NCBI GenBank assembly: GCA_965207785.1
Contig: CBDBNO010000012.1
Span: forward strand, 99,293-163,292
From: Alphaproteobacteria bacterium
GTDB lineage: Bacteria; Pseudomonadota; Alphaproteobacteria; SP197
DNA: 64,000 nucleotides
Reading direction: 5' to 3'
Shown: positions 13,961 through 23,097 of the stretch, in pieces
Position numbering within the stretch: position 1 is the first letter of the stretch
How the letters are laid out: every line of letters begins with the position of its first letter
Program-made: the position numbers and the translations under genes
Notes under the pieces: generated by a model
The model's database searches: none
What the model saw: the letters and a program-made list of their open reading frames with translations, nothing else
Told to the model about the DNA's origin: nothing

Positions 13961-15254
13961 CCGAGTAGCCTTTCAGGTCCAGATAGCCATGCCCCGACAG
14001 GCAGAAGACGATGACCTGCTTGCGCCCGGTTCTCGAAGCCTCCCTTGCCGCATCGATCGCACCCAGCACCGCATGAGCGCTTTCGGGCGCAGCAAGAACA
14101 CCTTCGGTCTTCAGGAACAGGCGTCCCGCGTCGAACACATCGCGCTGGCCATAGGTCCTGGTATCGACCACATCGTTCTTGACCAGCGCGGAGAGAACGG
14201 GCGTCTTGCCGTGATACCGCAATCCACCCGAGTGAACGGGTGGCGGCACGAACCGATGGCCGAGCGTGTACATCAGAATCCGGGGTGTCAGTTCGGAGAA
14301 GTCGGCCCAGTCGTATCGGTACTCACCCCGACTCAGCGTCGGTATCGAGTCCGGCTCGATGGCCCGAAACTCGATGGCGCTTCCGCCGATCTTCTCGCGC
14401 ACGAACGGTGCGATGAATCCCGTGAAGTTGCTGCCGCCGCCGACGCAACCGATCATCAGACTGGGCGACCGGTCGATCTGTTCGAGCTGGAGTTTCGTTT
14501 CCAGACCGATGATCGATTGATGGAGCACGGCGTAGTAGGACATGCACCCCAACGCGAGCCGCCTCCCGCGATCCTCCTTGACGAACTCGATCGCCTCGCT
14601 CATGCCGATGCCAAGACTGCCCGAGTTCTCAGGATCGTCCCGCAGGATCTGCCGTCCGGTGTTCGTCAGCTCGCTGGGGGAGGAGTACACGTCGGCGCCC
14701 GCCATGCGCATCAGGTAGCGGCGATAGGGCTTCTCGTCATAGCTCTTGCGGATCATGAACACGCAGCAACCGAGCCCCAGTGTCTCGCACGCCATCGCCA
14801 GAGCCGCTCCCCATTGACCGGCTCCCGTGTCGGTGACCATGGTGTGAATCCGGGAGTGTTCCTCGCGCGTGGCGTAGTACGCCTGCACCAATGCGGTGTT
14901 GAACTTGTGACTTCCCGCGGGATTCAGGTCTTCACGCTTGTAGTAGATCTCGGCGGGCGTCCCGAGATACGTCTCCAGTGCGCGGGCTCTCACCAGGGGG
15001 GATGGTCGGTATCGACGGTACACATCCGATATGAACTGCGGGATTTCGATCCACGCATCGGTGCCGTACTCGCCCTCCAGCAGCTCAATTCGAAGACACT
15101 CCCGCGGCCACAGCCAGTCGTAGTCCTCGATTTCCACGCCTCGATCCTCGATCGGATGCATCGGCCTCGGCACATCGAACGGCAGTTCCGCGACGACGTT
15201 GTTCCAGCTCCGTGGAAGCTGCGACTCCGGCAGAACGATCTTGTTGTCGACCAT
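13932..15254 (-). CDS. TrpB2-type (TrpB-like) PLP-dependent enzyme
   Basis: PAGSHKFNTA (PLP Lys), TDTGAGQWGAAL, CVGGGSNF, HSGGLRYHG, APESAHA, LSGHGYLDL. Confidence 0.9.
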   Translation of the reverse strand: MVDNKIVLPESQLPRSWNNVVAELPFDVPRPMHPIEDRGVEIEDYDWLWPRECLRIELLEGEYGTDAWIEIPQFISDVYRRYRPSPLVRARALETYLGTPAEIYYKREDLNPAGSHKFNTALVQAYYATREEHSRIHTMVTDTGAGQWGAALAMACETLGLGCCVFMIRKSYDEKPYRRYLMRMAGADVYSSPSELTNTGRQILRDDPENSGSLGIGMSEAIEFVKEDRGRRLALGCMSYYAVLHQSIIGLETKLQLEQIDRSPSLMIGCVGGGSNFTGFIAPFVREKIGGSAIEFRAIEPDSIPTLSRGEYRYDWADFSELTPRILMYTLGHRFVPPPVHSGGLRYHGKTPVLSALVKNDVVDTRTYGQRDVFDAGRLFLKTEGVLAAPESAHAVLGAIDAAREASRTGRKQVIVFCLSGHGYLDLKGYSDVLDLDAPD

Positions 15255-15774
15255 CGTCACGCCATCAATTTCCGGGCACTCGGCCGCTTCAATGCAGCGG
15301 CTCGGAAGATTCTGGAGCCCGGTGGCGCATGGGGTGTTCCAGTGAGGAGCGGCGTTCCGGCAAGCCTATGCGAAGAAGGGGACGATGAGAAGGCCGTCCC
15401 GGTCGCAGCTTTCAGCCGACGAGCGCGGGTCAACGTCAGGTGCCAGGACGAGGTCCGCCCTGCACCGAGCCTGCCGACAGGGATTGCTGGTCGAGTGTGC
15501 TCGACGCAGTGCGCGCGAGGCCGACGGTCCGTGTCCGTTCGACTCGTTCGGGAGTCGCGTTCGAGCGTTGCACCTCGGCATGCGTCATGCCAGCCGTTGG
15601 CCCGCTGGATGCGCCGCCGGGCCGCGCCGTCGCCGAACTCATCCGTGCATGTCGCCTCAACATCGCCGAGCGAAAGGTGCTGACAGCATTCGTGCAGTAA
15701 CGCACTCCAGGGGCCGGACTTCAGTCTTCGAGTGCAGCCAGGCATCTTGGAACCACCCAACCGTCATAGGAGCA

Positions 15775-17427
15775 TCAGGAACAGGTTGCCACCCCTGGAC
15801 CGCGAGGCTTGCGGCGATCATCCCGATGGTCCTCCAGGATCATCGCCGAACCCTTCTCCCCGATCATGATCGCCGGAGCGTTGGTGTTGCCCGAGACCGG
15901 CGTCGGCATGATCGAGGCATCCGCCACACGCAGACCCTCAAGGCCCCGTACGCGCAACCGCTCGTCCACCACGGCTTGTGAATCCCTGCCCATCGTGCAG
16001 GTGCCGATAGGATGGAAGACCGTGGAACCCGCCCGCCGGCAGAAGTCCAGAATCTCGTCGTAGGTCCGGACCTCGGCGCCGGGGGAGAGTTCATGCGCGC
16101 GGTAGCGGGCGAGAGACGGCGCATCGCCGAGGCGCCGCGCGATGCGGATTCCCTCGACGAGCGTGTCCCGGTCCACCTGTTCGCTCAGGAAGTTCGGGCG
16201 GATGACAGGCGGCGCTGTCGGATCAGCCCGCCTGATGTGGATCGAGCCCCGGCTCTCCGGACGAAGCTGCCAGACCGAGAGCGTCATGCCCGGTTCTCTC
16301 TCGAGGGTCCCCTTCTTGCCGGGCACATGGCTTGCGTGGGCGAAGTCAAACTGCAGGTCGGGCGTCTCGAGTTCGGGACGCGTGCGCACGAAGGCGTGCG
16401 CGATGCCCGCAGTGCAGGTCAGGGCGCCCCGGCACATGGCCCCGTACTGCAGCACCGCCAACGCGAAGCGCGCCCCGCGCGTGTCCTCGTTGAGGGTCCG
16501 CGAATGCCGGACCCGCCAGGCGACCTTGCTCAGGTAGTGGTCCCGGTAGTTCTCGCCCACTCCCGGCAGTTCGTGCACGATCGGGATATCGTGCTCGCGC
16601 AGCAGATCCGGCTGTCCGATTCCGGACAGCTCCAGGAGCTGCGGCGACTGCACAGCCCCGGCGGCGAGGACCACTTCCCGTCGCGCACGCACTTCCGTCG
16701 CCGTGCCCCCCTTCGCCCTTGCCGAACCGTACCGTACGCCGACCGCACGATCATTCTCGATGAGCACCCGGTGCGTGAGTGCCCGCGTGCGTATCGTGAG
16801 GTTCGACCGCCGCCGCGCCGGAGTCAGGAACGCCCGGGCAGTGCTATGCCGCCGGCCGCTCCGCTGCGTCACCTGGTAGTAGCCGAAACCCTCCTGGGAT
16901 GCTCCGTTGTAGTCCGGGTTCTTCGCGTAGCCGAGCTCTGTTCCGGCTTCGATGAATGCATCGAGCAGGGGGTGCCTCTCGATCACGTCCGCCACGTTCA
17001 ACTCGCCGGCACCGCCCCGAAAATCGTCGGCTCCGCGCTCGAAGCGCTCCGAGCGCCTGAAGTGGGGCAGCACATCTTCGTAGGACCAGCCCTGGTTGCC
17101 GAACTGGGCCCACATGTCGTAGTCGCGGGCCTGGCCGCGCACGTACAGCATGCCGTTGATCGAACTCGAGCCGCCCAGCACCTTACCGCGTGGAATCGGG
17201 AGACGCCGGTGGCCGGTGCCCACCTCGGGTTCCGTGTCGAAGCACCAGTTGACGCTTGGGCGGTCGACCAGCTTCCAGAAACCGGCCGGCACATGGATGA
17301 GGGGATGCCAGTCGCGGCCGCCGGCCTCGAGCAGCAGCACGCTGTTGCCCGGATCCGCACTCAGCCGGTTGGCCAGCACGCAACCAGCGGAGCCGGCGCC
17401 CACCACAATGTAGTCGAATTCTTCCAT
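15775..17427 (-). CDS. GMC oxidoreductase (choline dehydrogenase-like)
   Basis: FDYIVVGAGSAGCVLANRLS, RGKVLGGSSSINGMLYVRG, HPIGTCTMG, SGNTNAPAIMIGEK. Confidence 0.93.
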   Translation of the reverse strand: MEEFDYIVVGAGSAGCVLANRLSADPGNSVLLLEAGGRDWHPLIHVPAGFWKLVDRPSVNWCFDTEPEVGTGHRRLPIPRGKVLGGSSSINGMLYVRGQARDYDMWAQFGNQGWSYEDVLPHFRRSERFERGADDFRGGAGELNVADVIERHPLLDAFIEAGTELGYAKNPDYNGASQEGFGYYQVTQRSGRRHSTARAFLTPARRRSNLTIRTRALTHRVLIENDRAVGVRYGSARAKGGTATEVRARREVVLAAGAVQSPQLLELSGIGQPDLLREHDIPIVHELPGVGENYRDHYLSKVAWRVRHSRTLNEDTRGARFALAVLQYGAMCRGALTCTAGIAHAFVRTRPELETPDLQFDFAHASHVPGKKGTLEREPGMTLSVWQLRPESRGSIHIRRADPTAPPVIRPNFLSEQVDRDTLVEGIRIARRLGDAPSLARYRAHELSPGAEVRTYDEILDFCRRAGSTVFHPIGTCTMGRDSQAVVDERLRVRGLEGLRVADASIMPTPVSGNTNAPAIMIGEKGSAMILEDHRDDRRKPRGPGVATCS

Positions 17428-17637
17428 GCAGCCGGTTGCCTTGTCGAAATCGCAAGATACGAAGGGTCATCGGGACACGCTAGCCACCACCTTCGAGGCC
17501 GGGTCGAAGCGGACGGCGATCGCCCGAGACTTCACGCCCGCCGGACGTCCAGATCGAAGACATGCCGGGTGGCCCGGATCTGGACAGGCGGGGGTGGAAG
17601 GGCCAATCTTGGGAGTGCCGGATCGGGAGGCAGCCCC

Positions 17638-17895
17638 TTGACGGATCTTGTGCAGTATCTGGAAGTGCAGCGATTGCTTGATGAAGTGGAGGATGTCGCC
17701 GACGAGCTCGCGGCAAACGAGCGGGACATGGTCGACTGGCTGCGGCGCTCCTGCGAGGATCCGTCACACAACGAGGCTCAGGCCGTGCGCCTCCTCGAGA
17801 CAATCCTGCGCAATGTCCGGATCCGCCGCGCCTACGACACCGACGCCAGCGAACAGACGCGACGCAAGATCGACCTCGGCCACAAGGTTCACTGA
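17638..17895 (+). CDS. small hypothetical helical protein (~85 aa)
   Basis: TTG start after GGGAGG; MTDLVQYLEVQRLLDEVEDVADELAANERDMVDWLRR...; fills the gap between the GMC gene and moaD; hidden at the 3' end of shadow ORF 16012..17895. Confidence 0.65.
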   Translation: MTDLVQYLEVQRLLDEVEDVADELAANERDMVDWLRRSCEDPSHNEAQAVRLLETILRNVRIRRAYDTDASEQTRRKIDLGHKVH

Positions 17896-17901
17896 CCGGG
17901 A

Positions 17902-18150
17902 TCAGCCACCCTTGAGCGGCGGCATGAGCGCCAGATTGTCGCCGTCATCGAGTTCCCGTGTGCCACGCTCGGCCGTCGGGACAGCCATGCCGTTCAACGT
18001 CACAAGATAGCTGCCATCGGGAAATCCCAGGCGCTTCATGACGTCTGTGATGGTTGTACCCCGCGGCACATCGATCTCGGCGCGGTTCTTCGCGGGCCCG
18101 GGCGGCAGGTACTTGCCGAGCAGGCCCGCGGTTCTCACGAGAATCTTCAT
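17902..18150 (-). CDS. MoaD/ThiS family sulfur carrier
   Basis: Ubiquitin-like size, C-terminal ALMPPLKGG; ATG 18150 overlaps the stop of the upstream gene. Confidence 0.88.
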   Translation of the reverse strand: MKILVRTAGLLGKYLPPGPAKNRAEIDVPRGTTITDVMKRLGFPDGSYLVTLNGMAVPTAERGTRELDDGDNLALMPPLKGG

Positions 18151-19406
18151 GCAGCGCGGCGTGACGCGTCCTGGGCCGTGGCAAGATAGGCGGACATGAT
18201 CTGGTGGGGATCGTCCATCAGGACATCTTTCCACTTTCCAAGCGGCGTCTTCGTCTGGATGAGACCGCGCAGCACGCCGACGTGCTGTGTGAGGCCCAGC
18301 GCCAGGCAACCTACGAGAACATCGTCACGGAAATTCAGCCTCAGGTACCTGTAGGCCCGGGCATCCACGGCGGTGGCGACGTCGCCGCCCTCGACGCCGT
18401 CCCACAGACCGTAGGACGTGGAGATGAGGCCCAGCGTGTTGAGGGTATTCATGACCAGGCTGCCACGGTAGGCTGTTTTCTTGCCTGCCATGTTCATCGC
18501 TGCAATGCGCCCGTGCTCGCTTGCCGTGGGCTGGATGGCATGGACATCATGACCACCGGTCATGAAGTCGAATCCCGCCGCAACGTCTCCGGCGGCGTAG
18601 ATGCCGGGAACACTGGTTTCCAGGTGTTCGTCGACCACGACACCGATGTCGGTCTCGATGCCGCTGCCTTCCAGGAACCCGATGTTCGACGCAACACCCG
18701 TCGCGCACACGACAAGGTCCGCATTCAGCGGCGCCTTGCCCTCGAGATCGAGAGTGAGCGAGCCATCGCTGTTCCGGGAGACACCGTTCACCCGGGTCGA
18801 CACGTGAACGTCGACACCCTTCTCGCGGCACCATGCGGCAATCATGTCACCGCCTGTCCTGTCCATCATGCGGGCGACCATGCGATCAGCCATCTCGATC
18901 ACGGTGAGATTGACCTGACGGGCGACCAGGGCCTCGAGAATGATGCATCCGATGAAACCCGCACCCATCAGCACGACATTGTCGCCGGGTTTCGTGTGTT
19001 CCATGATCCGGCGGGCGTCAGCAAGGGTCCAGCAGGACATCACCTTCTCCAGGTCCATGCCCGGAATGGGCGGCCGGATGGGGCTCGCTCCAGTGGCAAG
19101 AAGCAGCCTGTCGAAAGCCAGACTGCCACCGCTGGCAAGGGAAAGCGATTTCGCTGCCGCATCGATGGCCGTCACGGTGTCGTGTTTCACGGCAACGCCG
19201 AGACCATCGTAGTGACCTTCCGAGTGGCGCAGGCACGTCCCTTCCTCGTCGATGTCCTCAGCCAGGAGATAGGGAATTGCCATCCTGGAGTACGGCGGTT
19301 CCGGTTCGTCCGACAACACCGTGACATGGCCGCCGTGCCCCATGCGGGCCAGGGTTTCGGACGCGATCACACCGGCGGGACCGGCGCCAACGATGACATG
19401 GTTCAT
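18147..19406 (-). CDS. FAD/NAD(P)-dependent oxidoreductase (AorC-like subunit)
   Basis: HVIVGAGPAG, PPYSRMAIPYLL, LLATGA, GAGFIG, IYAAGD; in an operon with AOR. Confidence 0.88.
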   Translation of the reverse strand: MNHVIVGAGPAGVIASETLARMGHGGHVTVLSDEPEPPYSRMAIPYLLAEDIDEEGTCLRHSEGHYDGLGVAVKHDTVTAIDAAAKSLSLASGGSLAFDRLLLATGASPIRPPIPGMDLEKVMSCWTLADARRIMEHTKPGDNVVLMGAGFIGCIILEALVARQVNLTVIEMADRMVARMMDRTGGDMIAAWCREKGVDVHVSTRVNGVSRNSDGSLTLDLEGKAPLNADLVVCATGVASNIGFLEGSGIETDIGVVVDEHLETSVPGIYAAGDVAAGFDFMTGGHDVHAIQPTASEHGRIAAMNMAGKKTAYRGSLVMNTLNTLGLISTSYGLWDGVEGGDVATAVDARAYRYLRLNFRDDVLVGCLALGLTQHVGVLRGLIQTKTPLGKWKDVLMDDPHQIMSAYLATAQDASRRAA

Positions 19407-19500
19407 GGTTGTCCCCTCCAAGAGGAATGGGATTCCGGCCATGCGACCGGAATCCCTGATACACACATCCGGCGGTTACCGCCCCTTGACGTTGACCGGG

Positions 19501-21321
19501 TCAAAGACCAAGGCGCGACAGGGTCTCGTTGGTCGGCTGGCCCGCCTCCGTCCAGCCGCGCAGGCTGTAGTACTCCGGCAGCATTTTCGAAAGTTCGCTG
19601 ACCTTGCCCTTGGCGCTTCCCGAAGGCGCCGGCTCGTTCAGCATGCGCGGTGGCAGGGTGTCATCGGCAGCCGTCAACCCGGCTGCCATGTTGAACATGC
19701 GCTCGAGAGTCCATGTCCTTTCACCCGATTCGATGCACCTCTCGAGAGTCCATTCCCCGGGGAGTGCCGCGTCAAGCTGGGCGACGAAATCTTCCGGTCC
19801 CCAGCCAGCGGTGGTGAAGAGGCAGAGACCGGTGGAATCGATCATCGAGACCATGTCCTGGCTCTCCTTGACCGGGGCCGCCTTGCCGTTGCCGGAAATG
19901 TCCTCCATGTCGGGGCCGAAGACATCGTGCTTGAGATGACAGGCGCCGCGATTGGAGGTCGCGTAGCCCAGGCCCATGCCCTGCAGGGCCCTACTGTCGT
20001 AACCGGCGAACTCCTGGCCCTTCACGCCCATGAAGAGTTCCGGATGACCGTACTTCTCGCACAGCCGCTTGGAGCCCAGGGCCAGTTCCTTGCCGAAACC
20101 ATCGCCCTTGCCGGTCTTCTCCGCCATGACAGCCAGTCCCTCGGAACTGCCGAAGCTGAGATCGATGCCGTCGGTGTCGTCCTTGGTCAGGACTCCCATC
20201 TCGAAGAGCTCCATCGCCGCCGCTAGGGTCACCCCGAACGAGATCGGGTCCATGCCGTGCTCGTTCATCATGTAGTTGGCGAACGTCAGGGAATCGAGGT
20301 CGTCGACTCCGACAACCGGGCCGAAGGCATAGGCCGTCTCGTACTCCAGGCCACCCGAAGCATGCCGGTATTCCGGCCGATTGACGATGGTGAAGTGCTC
20401 CGGGTCGATATGAGCGATCCGGCCGCACGCGATCGTGCACCCGAAACAGGCCTTGTTGGTGATGAGGTTGGTGTGGCCATTGGCATTCGGCGCGGTCGTT
20501 GCCCCGGGGTTGACGTTGTCGATGCCTTCGAACTGGACCTCGCGGAAGTTCCTGGTGGGCAGCCCGCCCCACTCCTGCATCATGTCGATCATGGGATGGG
20601 TGCCGCCCTCGGTGAGCTCCTCGCGGCCATCGCTGGCTGCGAGCTTGGCGTGGGTGTCCTTCACCACTTCCATGAACTTCGCCGGATCGTCCACCGTGAC
20701 ACCCCTGGTGCCATAGGCCGCCACCGCCTTGAGATTCTTTGATCCCATGACGGCGCCGACGCCGCAGCGACCGGCGGCTCGGTGAAGGTCATTGACGACA
20801 CAGGCATAGAGAACGCCGTTCTCCCCGGCCTCTCCGATCGAGGCGACCTTGAGCTGGGGGTTCTGGTGACGGGACTTGATCCACTCTTCGGTATGCCAGA
20901 CGCCGGTTCCCCAGATCTCGTCCGCCGGCAGGATCTCGACGTTGTCGTCATCGATATGCAGATAGACCGGTTTGTCGGCCCTGCCCTCGATGAGCAGAAG
21001 GTCGTAGCCGGCATACTTCAGAAACGCGCCGAACTTGCCGCCGGAGTTGGAATCGCCGATGGCGCCGGTGAGCGGGCTCTTGCAGAGCACCGCATAGCGG
21101 CCACTCGTCGAGGCCATGGTTCCGTTGAGCGGTCCGGTGGCGAAGATGAGGACATTGTCCGGCCCCATCGGATCGCACTTGGGATCCACGTTTTCGTAGA
21201 GGTACTTGGTTCCAAGTCCGCGCTCGCCGATATAGGCGTTGGCCCATTCCATGTTCAATGGTTCGGCTTCAGCGGTTCCCTTGGTGAGATTGACACGCAG
21301 GATCTGGCCTTGCCAGGACAT
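19501..21321 (-). CDS. aldehyde:ferredoxin oxidoreductase family catalytic subunit (W/Mo-bis-MPT)
   Basis: KSPLTGAIGDSNSGG, AAGRCGVGAVMGSKNLKA, CFGCTIACG, GLEYET, RGACHL, DDTLP, YYSLRGW. Confidence 0.95.
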   Translation of the reverse strand: MSWQGQILRVNLTKGTAEAEPLNMEWANAYIGERGLGTKYLYENVDPKCDPMGPDNVLIFATGPLNGTMASTSGRYAVLCKSPLTGAIGDSNSGGKFGAFLKYAGYDLLLIEGRADKPVYLHIDDDNVEILPADEIWGTGVWHTEEWIKSRHQNPQLKVASIGEAGENGVLYACVVNDLHRAAGRCGVGAVMGSKNLKAVAAYGTRGVTVDDPAKFMEVVKDTHAKLAASDGREELTEGGTHPMIDMMQEWGGLPTRNFREVQFEGIDNVNPGATTAPNANGHTNLITNKACFGCTIACGRIAHIDPEHFTIVNRPEYRHASGGLEYETAYAFGPVVGVDDLDSLTFANYMMNEHGMDPISFGVTLAAAMELFEMGVLTKDDTDGIDLSFGSSEGLAVMAEKTGKGDGFGKELALGSKRLCEKYGHPELFMGVKGQEFAGYDSRALQGMGLGYATSNRGACHLKHDVFGPDMEDISGNGKAAPVKESQDMVSMIDSTGLCLFTTAGWGPEDFVAQLDAALPGEWTLERCIESGERTWTLERMFNMAAGLTAADDTLPPRMLNEPAPSGSAKGKVSELSKMLPEYYSLRGWTEAGQPTNETLSRLGL

Positions 21322-21345
21322 CGTCGTTTCTCCCCGGTGCTGTCG

Positions 21346-21825
21346 TCAGGCCTTGGCCGACTGGTTGGTGTCCACGTGCCCGGCCCATCGCCGCATGCGA
21401 TCAAGACCGGTCCATGACGAATCCACGTAGACGATGGCGTCGGTGGGACATGCCTCGGCGCACTTGGGATCGCCGTGGCACAAGTCGCACTTGATGACCT
21501 TGCCCGTGTCGGGATTGTAGTTCACGGTCCCGAAGGGGCAGGCGATCGTGCACACCTTGCACCCCACACAGACATCATCCTTGACCTCGACCGCTCCCGT
21601 CACCGGGTTGCGGACCAGCGCTTCCACCGGACAGGCATGCACGCACCATGCCTCCGCGCACTGTGTGCAGGTATAGGGAACGGCGCGCTTGCCGTGTTCG
21701 AATTCAAAGATCTTGATCCTGGAACGGGCCGGGTTGAACGAGCCTTCATGCTCGAACGAACAGGCCATTTCGCATTGTAGACAGCTCGTGCACTTGTCAG
21801 GATCAATCAGAAGCGATTTCTGCAT
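21346..21825 (-). CDS. 4Fe-4S polyferredoxin subunit (AorA-like)
   Basis: Four Cys clusters: CTSCLQCEMAC, CTQC...CVHACP, CVGCKVCTIACPFG, KCDLC...CAEACP. Confidence 0.92.
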   Translation of the reverse strand: MQKSLLIDPDKCTSCLQCEMACSFEHEGSFNPARSRIKIFEFEHGKRAVPYTCTQCAEAWCVHACPVEALVRNPVTGAVEVKDDVCVGCKVCTIACPFGTVNYNPDTGKVIKCDLCHGDPKCAEACPTDAIVYVDSSWTGLDRMRRWAGHVDTNQSAKA

Positions 21826-22071
21826 ACCCCAGCACCTCTCCTCAGCCGTGCCTTCGCCGCACCCAATGTGACAGAGGCGGGGAGAGCGGCGGTCTCCCTC
21901 GCATCCGTCAACCATACTAGACACGTTGCCAGCCGATGGGTAGTGCCCCGACCGCGAACTATCGTCGGATTTGGTCGCGATGCCGACGTTATGGAAGATG
22001 TTCGACGCGGATCGGTTCGTTGTACCGTGCCGTGAAGGCGTGGGGAGCGATCGAGCGCCGGATCAGCGGGC

Positions 22072-23097
22072 TCAGGGACCGCGCGTGCGGCGGCGGAACA
22101 GATAGTAGCCGACCTCGCGGGAGGGACATATTCCGCCCGGACGCAGGGCGAGCACCGCGATCATCGCCACGGCAAGTGTCAGCTCGGTCATTCCCACAAG
22201 GGGTTCCGAGAGGATGTCGGCGCGGTTGATGGCTCCTTCGAGCGATCGCAGACTCTCGAAACTCGCCGTAACGACCAGCACGCCGACCACGGCCCCGGTC
22301 ACCGTTCTCGGTCCACCAATGACCAGCATGGCGAGAATCACGAAGGTCTCCTTCAACCACAACTGCTTGGGCGAGAAGGAGGTGATGAAGTGACCCCAGA
22401 GTGCGCCACCGATGCCGGCAAGTAGCGCCGAGACGATGAAGGCCTGCCAGCGCAGCCTCGGAATGTGCGCTCCAAGCGAGGCTGCGGCAATTTCATCGTC
22501 CCGGCTCGCACGAAGCAGCCGGCCCACCCTCGATTCCTTGAAGAGCAGTGCCACAAGCACCGCGGCGATCGCGACCCCTGCAGCGAGCGGCAGCGTCGTT
22601 CCTCCCGGTATCCCGAACAGGGTGCGCGGACCGTTGGTCACATCGCTCCAGTGGTACATGATCGTGTGCAGCACGACGAAAAGCGCGAAGGACGTGATGA
22701 CGGCTGCGGCGTCGGACAGACGCATGAGCGGGTAGACGGCCAGCGCCGCGACGAGGGCCGCGGTCAGCCCCCCGAGGGCCATGCCGACGACGGGCAGCAT
22801 CTCTACGTCGGCGAGAAACGGGTAGAGATCCGGTAGCGCCATCCCCTTCATTTGCACCGGGATGGTGAGAACCGCCGAGGTGTAGGCGCCGACTCCCATG
22901 AATCCGACATGGGCGAAGGAGAGAATGCCGGAATTCCCCATGAAGATCTGCAGGCCGACCACGAGCACCATCGAGATGCACAGGTTGGTCGTGATACGCA
23001 GAAGAAGCCGGTCACCCACGAGTTCCGCGGCCACGGCGACAAGGACGATTACCCCGCCAAGGAGGACGAACGTCAGCCAGTTTCGTCGTGTCATCAT
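22072..23097 (-). CDS. branched-chain amino acid ABC transporter permease (LivM-like)
   Basis: Likely start MMTRRNW (ATGA overlap with the LivH-like stop); GILSFAHVGFMGVGAY, GRLLRASRDDEIAAASLG. Confidence 0.88.
   Translation of the reverse strand: MMTRRNWLTFVLLGGVIVLVAVAAELVGDRLLLRITTNLCISMVLVVGLQIFMGNSGILSFAHVGFMGVGAYTSAVLTIPVQMKGMALPDLYPFLADVEMLPVVGMALGGLTAALVAALAVYPLMRLSDAAAVITSFALFVVLHTIMYHWSDVTNGPRTLFGIPGGTTLPLAAGVAIAAVLVALLFKESRVGRLLRASRDDEIAAASLGAHIPRLRWQAFIVSALLAGIGGALWGHFITSFSPKQLWLKETFVILAMLVIGGPRTVTGAVVGVLVVTASFESLRSLEGAINRADILSEPLVGMTELTLAVAMIAVLALRPGGICPSREVGYYLFRRRTRGP

Noticed and set aside
21826-22071. Possible Moco/Wco riboswitch before the aor operon
   Set aside because: No recognisable conserved riboswitch motif by eye; needs cmscan.
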